DNA of 44,146 bases from Halocafeteria seosinensis (Eukaryota). Location: the NCBI GenBank assembly GCA_001687465.1, contig LVLI01000810.1:1-44146 (forward strand), written 5' to 3'. Shown piece after piece: positions 37,810 to 44,146 of this stretch. The position numbers and the translations under genes were made by a program. The notes beneath the pieces were generated by a model. It was not told the DNA's origin and did no database searches. It worked only from the letters and a program-made list of their open reading frames with translations. Position 1 is the stretch's first letter; each line of letters starts with the position of its first letter.

Positions 37810-38700
37810 GATGCCCGCAGCACACTGTCACCAAAGCCCAATAGGTTCCATTCACGAGGTAGCGGTTCCACACGTCCGCTTAATCCCAGAAGAAATGGGG
37901 GTTGAAACTGAATTCGTACAGTTGCTGTTTTCTGTTAGCCTCTACCCAGTGCAAAATTTCAGTCGTGATTTCTTGCTCTTTCCACCGTTCCAAATGTTGA
38001 ACATACACGTCGTTGCTGTACGCTATAAGAGTAGGGCTGATATGTTCTGGTGTCCCCTTGTGTTTTTTATTCCAGCCGACTAGGTCCGGGTGCTTGAAAT
38101 CAATCCTGTAATTGCGATGCCTTATTGTTCAGGAATCGCCACTGGTTCGTTGGGTTTATCGACAGCCATTTAATATAGTTCTTCAATGTCTCCACGAACT
38201 GCCATATCTACGTCTATATAAACAATTTTCTCCGGGATACGAGTCCCATCGATTCTTTTCGCGTAAGGATTTCATAAAGGAAAAGCCGTGCGTACTGTAG
38301 TTGTTGGGAGAAGACCTGTCGAGCTAAAAGCACCGGCCCTGCAACTGACTTCATTGAAGAGATTCGTGCTTTCCATATCGTCAAGAAGCATTACCACGGT
38401 ACTTGTTGATAGCTGCGGCGTTTGCTTCCTTTGCTGTTCCTGATCAAGGATCTGACATCATATGACACACACATATATGCGACAGATAGCCCACCGGCCA
38501 GGGATTGACCGCATCCTCTTAACGAGGAGCGGTATGCGCCCGTGTTAAGCAGCGACGGGCCCGCTGTTCCTGCAGCTTTGCTTCCCGGCCGGTGGGCTAT
38601 CTGTCACATTTGTGTGTTGCTGACAACTACCTGAAGTACCCTCCTGTGTTTTCGATTGTTTGAAGACGCACTTCATGAGGCTAATCATGTGTGATGGTTA
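37810..38700 (-). pseudogene. Decayed GT8-family glycosyltransferase (GATL/GLT8D-like) interrupted by a retroposon insertion
   Basis: Manual minus-strand translation across frameshifts and stops gives QYARLFLYEIL, PEKIVYIDVDMAVRGDIEELY*, LERWKEQEITTEILHWVEANRKQQLY and QPPFLLGLSGRVEPLPREWNLLGFG, the GT8 motifs in the correct order. Not called by the ORF track. Confidence 0.75.
38458..38619 (-). mobile_element. 5'-truncated (TG)n-tailed retroposon copy containing a second, oppositely oriented 34-bp copy
   Basis: The outer copy matches the reverse complement of about 75-200 and is flanked by CTGACA (38452-38457, 38620-38625). The inner piece 38583-38616 is flanked by TTGCT (38578-38582, 38617-38621). 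Confidence 0.8.
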
Positions 38701-39415
38701 CGTTTTTCTTTGAGTTCCTCCCACCATTTCGTTCTGTTTCTGGTCCTCAGACGACGCCTTCCTCCAAATTGCAACAGTGCAATTCGAATGGACGGCTCCT
38801 TGGACGACGACTCCTGGTCATGGTCGCACGCCCTAGGAACACGTGGAGATTCCACCTAATTTGCTTGATGGGACTGTGTACCATCTTATGACTATACATA
38901 GTGGCTATTTGCCACGTACCCCCGCTATAATCCTACACGAAGAATCTATGATCATGTCAACTCCACGACGTTGACTGGAACGGCTGTTAAGCTGTTTCCG
39001 CTGCTGGTTTTGACAAGTTGACTTACTAAACCACAAACAGCCAAATCAGAATTTATATATGCATGCATGCGAGTTGTCTCCAATCATTGATTGGCAGTTC
39101 TCCCGGAGGAAGTGACAAATGCGTGGGGTGTGGCAAGGTCCTGACTCAAGAAAGTTGAATGTGACGCCGCCGCCACGTGCCTGCGGTGCCCTGCACTGCT
39201 TTTCCACGGAATATCGGTATACCCGGTGTACTGTTGTTGTTTTCGGTACAACGCTAGCCAAAACTGGAATCATACGGTCTGTATGGGTATTTACAGACAT
39301 AGAAGCAGTAGCTTGGGCACTCCCACAGGAACCAGTTGATCCCGAAGAGTTGAATAGTGCATTGCAGGCAGCAAGACGTGCATGTATGCATGGGTAAAAA
39401 TAGCAGAAGGAGAAG

Positions 39416-40429
39416 ATGAACATCCGTAAATTCAAAGAGAGACTACTGGCGGATCTTAATTTGGTTCGGTCCAACTACACGTGGCTCAAGATTGGCATAT
39501 GTGTATGCCAATTAGCATATTTTCAAACGATAGTGGCTAGAAAGCTGGCTTTCTATCGACACAGGCCGATAGGCTCATACTTAGAAGGTCCTGAAGGAGG
39601 CGATGTACGACAACACACGCTCTTGGATATAGGGCATCAACTGGCTCCGGATTTAGGGGAGGAGAGATGGATTCACACGTTAAACAGCAAATTTCTGCAA
39701 GTGTTCAGTTGCTTTGTTGCGGCAGTAGCACTGCTTCCTTACTTTTTAGACCAACGTTCAACCGAAGTATGTCCATATTATTCGATCAATATGGCATTAC
39801 GCTTCTTGTTCGTCGTGTGCATTGGGAAATTTATTCGTGTATTCTTCTTCCTACCGACAAGTTTACCCGGAAGTGCAAGGCACTGCTTTGGAGAAATCGA
39901 GGAAGAGCATCGCCCAAAACAAATAACAGATATTTTTGTCGACCATAAGTTCAACGGGCCGTATAACTGTGGAGATTTACTATTTTCTGGGCACATGCTT
40001 ATAGTGACGAGCACACTCTGCTACATTTGGTATTATCTCACCAAATTGGTGTCTCGAAGGACAGCGTTAGTGACTATGGGTTGTTGCTTGATGTGTGCAC
40101 TGATTCAAGTTACACTTATAGTACTGACACGAAGTCATTACTCTGTGGATCTAACTTTAGGTGTTACTGTTGGGTTTTGTCTCTGGCACACGTTTTCATA
40201 TGTATGGTGTCCGGAAGACAGAAACCCGTATGCCGGAAGGGCAGGAAGTTTCATTTCCGATTACGTAGAAGTTTCTTCAGATGACGCAAACCAGGATGGC
40301 CCCTCAAAACACGGAGACGGAGAACGATCGCCTCGTCCTTATGAGAAAGATGAGAGCATCCACAGTGCAAGTAGCTCTGATGGGGATGAGTTTCACCAGA
40401 GAAACCATGCAGGAAAAAGAGATCTATGA
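39416..40429 (+). CDS. IPCS: Sphingolipid synthase (inositol-phosphorylceramide synthase/SMS family, PAP2-like), copy 1, intronless
   Basis: Multi-TM protein with LLDIGHQLAP (D1), TSLPGSARHC (D2), NCGDLLFSGH (D3) and TRSHYSVD (D4). The His-His-Asp catalytic triad is intact. Confidence 0.85.
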   Translation: MNIRKFKERLLADLNLVRSNYTWLKIGICVCQLAYFQTIVARKLAFYRHRPIGSYLEGPEGGDVRQHTLLDIGHQLAPDLGEERWIHTLNSKFLQVFSCFVAAVALLPYFLDQRSTEVCPYYSINMALRFLFVVCIGKFIRVFFFLPTSLPGSARHCFGEIEEEHRPKQITDIFVDHKFNGPYNCGDLLFSGHMLIVTSTLCYIWYYLTKLVSRRTALVTMGCCLMCALIQVTLIVLTRSHYSVDLTLGVTVGFCLWHTFSYVWCPEDRNPYAGRAGSFISDYVEVSSDDANQDGPSKHGDGERSPRPYEKDESIHSASSSDGDEFHQRNHAGKRDL

Positions 40430-41226
40430 TCTTTCCGTCCCTTTTGGATCGCCATTCTTGGAGGAAGAACTGCACCATACAAGCCAGTTCCCTATAGACA
40501 CCTGTGAAGTAGAGTTCCATCGAAGTGGCACTATTCTAATTGTACAATTGTACAATGCCGACCCTTGCTTCGTAGATCGGGAATCATAGTGGGCTCTTGT
40601 CAATATCAATCACCTCTATATCTCAGTTGCCTCCAAATAAAAATTTAGTGGATAGACAATCCCGATGTACCGTAGTGTAAAGGCATACCGTAGGGGCACA
40701 CAATAGTAATGTTTCTGAACGATCGGATTCTTCTGAACTGCGAATAACGAATCTGAGCTTCACCTCCCCACAATGAGTTGGTACAAAGGTTCTGCGACTT
40801 GACTTTCACGTATGACTTCACCAAACAGGTAATGCTGGTAAATCTTACGGTCTGTAGAGTCTGCTCGCAGTGCGCGGGCGCGGGCAGGACAACTTTCCGA
40901 AGCTACCACTTCAAATTAGAAACAAGCATATCAGTGATTTGTGTTGTCCACACTGGGATTGCATTTCTGATACGCAAAACACTCTACAAGGAGATCTGCT
41001 TACAGTGCACACAGAATCGTACTTAGCTTTGGAGAAAGCAGGATATTTGGTCTCCGTGGAAGTCCCATCAGCTACAGATACTCATAGGATCAAACTACTG
41101 CTAACATCACGCTGAATACTTTTATACGACAGCATCTTTTCTTGATATCACAACTTTAGGGTGCTGATAAATCAGCGAGACAATGAAGCCAAGGTAAATC
41201 ACTGCGAGTGGCCAGTGTTCGTCGAC

Positions 41227-42291
41227 ATGGTTGGGCTTGCGTCAAAAGCATGCATCAACAATCGAAAACGACTCTTTGTCCTGATCGTTGTTCTTCTGAA
41301 TACTACGTGGTTGACGTTCTTCCTGTGGTGGGGGCTAACTCCAGCGAGCACGGTGTCTCCATCTTCCCTACGGAGTCAAAATCTGCATCAGCAACAATAC
41401 AGCTTCGGAGATACAAACGGGGAAGGAAGAAGGCACAATAAATATCTCGTTGTGTCCGCTGCAGTGGGATATACCTTTTATAGCTATGAAAGGTTTATAA
41501 CCACACTCAGGAGGCACTACAGTGGTGATGTGGTGTTACTGGTTGGCAGGAGGGACATATGGGCAGCATCGCTCGTAGAAAGATGCTTCAACTCTTCCGT
41601 TCGAATCGTTCCGCTTGAGAGTGTAGTTGACATTGGCGCTAAAGGAGATAGATATGTTGCTTATGCTGAGCACTGCGAAAACTATACCATGTGCCTTGCA
41701 ACAGACTTTCGTGATGTCTTCTTTCAAGACAATCCGTTCAAGAACATACCTTCAAATTATGAAATGATACTTTCAGAGGAAGAAAGTACGGGCATTGGGT
41801 ACACAGGGAGTAACAAGCGTTGGATATCCTCATGCTGGGGAGATGAGTTCCTGAAGCGGGTAGCCGACACCCCTCCAGTATGTTCTGGAACAATATACGG
41901 GACACCAGCAGGATTTAAGGTCTTACGAGATCTGATGATAGATGAAATGAGACTCTCAGCTGAAAAGAAATGCATTGCAAGAGACCAAGGACACCTCAAC
42001 TATTTGCTTCTATCGAAACAGTTTCCTTTCCCAGTGCTGAGACAAATTCGAGGTTATGGATTGGTAAACACGCTGGCACGTATGAAACCGGCACAAGCAC
42101 GGTTATGGCTCCAAGGTGGGGGAGTGAGGAACGAAGACGGCAGTCTTTCTCCAGTAGTTCATCATTATGATAGATTCGGCAAATTAGAGGACCTTTTGGA
42201 GAGGTTCCTCGAACCGGGTTTTCCAAACGACGTCAGGCAGTGCTCTCGTTGGGAAATGACTCGGTTTTGCCTCAGCGGGTTATTATGTTGA
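41227..42291 (+). CDS. Intronless type II membrane putative GT-A glycosyltransferase, copy 2
   Basis: Clear paralogue of 32173-33342: YLVVSAAVGY, LRRHYSGDVV, DFRDVFFQDNPF, PPVCSGTIYGTP, CIARDQGHLNYLL and SPVVHHYDR, with an N-terminal TM. First ATG is 41227; the ORF-track start at 41161 is GTG. Confidence 0.75.
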   Translation: MVGLASKACINNRKRLFVLIVVLLNTTWLTFFLWWGLTPASTVSPSSLRSQNLHQQQYSFGDTNGEGRRHNKYLVVSAAVGYTFYSYERFITTLRRHYSGDVVLLVGRRDIWAASLVERCFNSSVRIVPLESVVDIGAKGDRYVAYAEHCENYTMCLATDFRDVFFQDNPFKNIPSNYEMILSEEESTGIGYTGSNKRWISSCWGDEFLKRVADTPPVCSGTIYGTPAGFKVLRDLMIDEMRLSAEKKCIARDQGHLNYLLLSKQFPFPVLRQIRGYGLVNTLARMKPAQARLWLQGGGVRNEDGSLSPVVHHYDRFGKLEDLLERFLEPGFPNDVRQCSRWEMTRFCLSGLLC

Positions 42292-42379
42292 TTGCGGTGG
42301 ATAACCAAAACCCATGTTACAATTATTTAAGACATTTTGAACCAAAGAGGACTAGGGCGAGGAAAGCCGAGGTTCAAAC

Positions 42380-42399
42380 ACACACACACACACACACAC
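42380..42399. repeat. (AC)10 microsatellite flanked by a 10-bp direct repeat
   Basis: AGGTTCAAAC at 42370-42379 and 42400-42409 brackets the pure AC tract. Confidence 0.85.
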
Positions 42400-42855
42400 A
42401 GGTTCAAACGGCTTACGCTCCGCAATGGAGCACAGGAGTGAACGATACGGTTGGCAGCCTCTTATTACCACCAGATAAACCTAATCCCCCTAATGATTGT
42501 TTCTTGTCCACATTCTAAATAACGACAGCAGTTCTGTACAATCATGCCGGTAGGGTAGTAAGTAACTACTGTAAGTTCCAGGTGTTGTCGCAGACTCCGG
42601 CGGCGGCGCCCCGCTCCGCCTCTGATTTCATACCACGCCTTACCTCACACATGCTTGCATATTATACTGTCTCATGATAGAGTTGTGTTTGTTCTATGTA
42701 TGGTCATTTGATATAGGCTGTGGTTTGCCATTTTGGCCGGGTGAAATCTATTATACGGAGCAAGAACAGAGGCCAACAAGAGACTCCTTAGACTGACTGA
42801 TGCTCCGATAAGCAATTTATGCGTTTATAACCTGGGACAAACGCTGTTCAGCAGG

Positions 42856-43908
42856 ATGGTTGACTTCAAAAAGATCAAAGATAGACTACTGACGGACTTT
42901 TACTTGTTTTGGTCGAATTATACCTGGCTAAAAGTGGCAATTTGCGTGGTGCACCTGTCGTACCTCCAGAATTACTACGTTAGGAGGCTTGCTTTCTATC
43001 GTCATCGCACAATTGCGTCTTATGTGGGTGGTGATCCCGATCAGGTCCTTCAACCTACGCTCATAGATATAGGCCACGATTTGATTCCAGATATAGGGGC
43101 TGATGAATACCTTCATCGCTTCAACAGCAAATTCCTGCAGGTTTTCAGCTGCTTCGTTTTTGGAGTGGGCGTCTTGCCTTATTTTCTGGATCAGAGGTAT
43201 GCCAAACCATGCCCTTTCTATTCGATCAACATGGCAGTTCGTTTCTTATATGTCTCTTCGATTGGAAAAATCCTTCGTGCGGTCATTTTTTTGTCAACAA
43301 GTCTGCCGGGAAGCGCAGCCCACTGTATGGGAGAGACAGAAGCTAAATATCACCCAATAAGTTTCCGAGCAGTCTTTGATTTAACACAACCTCGGGGAAG
43401 ATTTAATTGTGGGGATTTAATGTTTTCCGGGCACATGCTCATAGTGACGAGCACCATTTGCTTCACTTGGTATTATCTCAGCAAAATGGTCTCGCGGAGA
43501 ATTGCAATAATTGTAACCAGCATATGTGCCATGATTGCCGTTATTCAGCTGGTTTTGATACTTCTCACGCGGAGCCACTACACGGCAGATCTCACGCTTG
43601 GTATTATTGTTAGTTTTTGTCATTGGCATACCCACTCGTATGTATGGCGTCCCGAGGAACCAGAGCCTTGTATAAAGACGCCAATCTCCATCATGGCGCA
43701 ATATAAGGAAGTGCCGAAGGAACCCAAAGAACCACGGGAGAGTGAGGACGATATGGTTGATACAAGTGGGACTATAATTTCTGGTGAGAACGGGCACCAT
43801 CCTGACCTAAATTGTAGCGATTGGCGTACCTGGAGTAATTTCAATAGACGGAACACTGACCAACGCGCTATAGAACAAAAATTGTCTCAGAAGATCGTGC
43901 CTGTGTGA
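42856..43908 (+). CDS. IPCS: Sphingolipid synthase (IPC synthase/SMS family), copy 2, intronless
   Basis: Paralogue of 39416-40429: LIDIGHDLIP, TSLPGSAAHC, NCGDLMFSGH and TRSHYTAD. Confidence 0.85.
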   Translation: MVDFKKIKDRLLTDFYLFWSNYTWLKVAICVVHLSYLQNYYVRRLAFYRHRTIASYVGGDPDQVLQPTLIDIGHDLIPDIGADEYLHRFNSKFLQVFSCFVFGVGVLPYFLDQRYAKPCPFYSINMAVRFLYVSSIGKILRAVIFLSTSLPGSAAHCMGETEAKYHPISFRAVFDLTQPRGRFNCGDLMFSGHMLIVTSTICFTWYYLSKMVSRRIAIIVTSICAMIAVIQLVLILLTRSHYTADLTLGIIVSFCHWHTHSYVWRPEEPEPCIKTPISIMAQYKEVPKEPKEPRESEDDMVDTSGTIISGENGHHPDLNCSDWRTWSNFNRRNTDQRAIEQKLSQKIVPV

Positions 43909-44146
43909 TAATGTCGCCTTTGTCAATACCAGGGTGGTATTTAGTTGATAGTGGAACTTCTTTCCCAAAGTGGGCATGATTCGAATGATACAGTAGCGAT
44001 GATCTATCTATTATCCCTGGAGCTGCTTTACGCAAAATTACCTCCGATAAAATGAAAGTAACACAGTGTGTACCCGTTTTTTAAGCTCGATTCTCACTTC
44101 TTGTCAAGTTGTCACTGTCTTGCACCAGGTTCACACCTTCACAACC

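Noticed and set aside
38465..38617. MITE with about 35-bp terminal inverted repeats
   Set aside because: Better explained as a nested inverted insertion: the inner arm has its own TTGCT duplication and the other family copies have only one such end.

Overview
Eukaryotic (protist-like) nuclear DNA with compact genes and short canonical GT-AG introns, mostly about 55-110 nt. No prokaryotic operons, rRNA, tRNA or CRISPR arrays were seen. The left two thirds (about 0.7-28.3 kb) is intron-containing housekeeping genes: WNK kinase, DIM1 head-to-head with RPF2 (whose long intron carries a candidate SNORD41/snR51-like box C/D snoRNA), a membrane RING-H2 ligase, syntaxin-5, WASHC2/FAM21, a ferlin and a tandem double-NTF2 protein. 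These are interrupted by a small accessory island (about 4.8-8.2 kb) holding an RLE-type non-LTR retrotransposon remnant and an intronless secreted glycine-rich gene. The right third (about 29.2-43.9 kb) is a dynamic cluster of Golgi-type glycolipid/glycan enzymes: a GT7/chondroitin-synthase-like glycosyltransferase, two intact and one internally deleted copy of an uncharacterised GT-A glycosyltransferase, a decayed GT8 pseudogene and two IPC/sphingolipid synthases, plus an intact 2.5-kb hAT transposon with TIRs and an 8-bp TSD. A family of 5'-truncated, (TG)n-tailed retroposon insertions with variable-length TSDs recurs across the window. All calls are by eye; no database searches were run.
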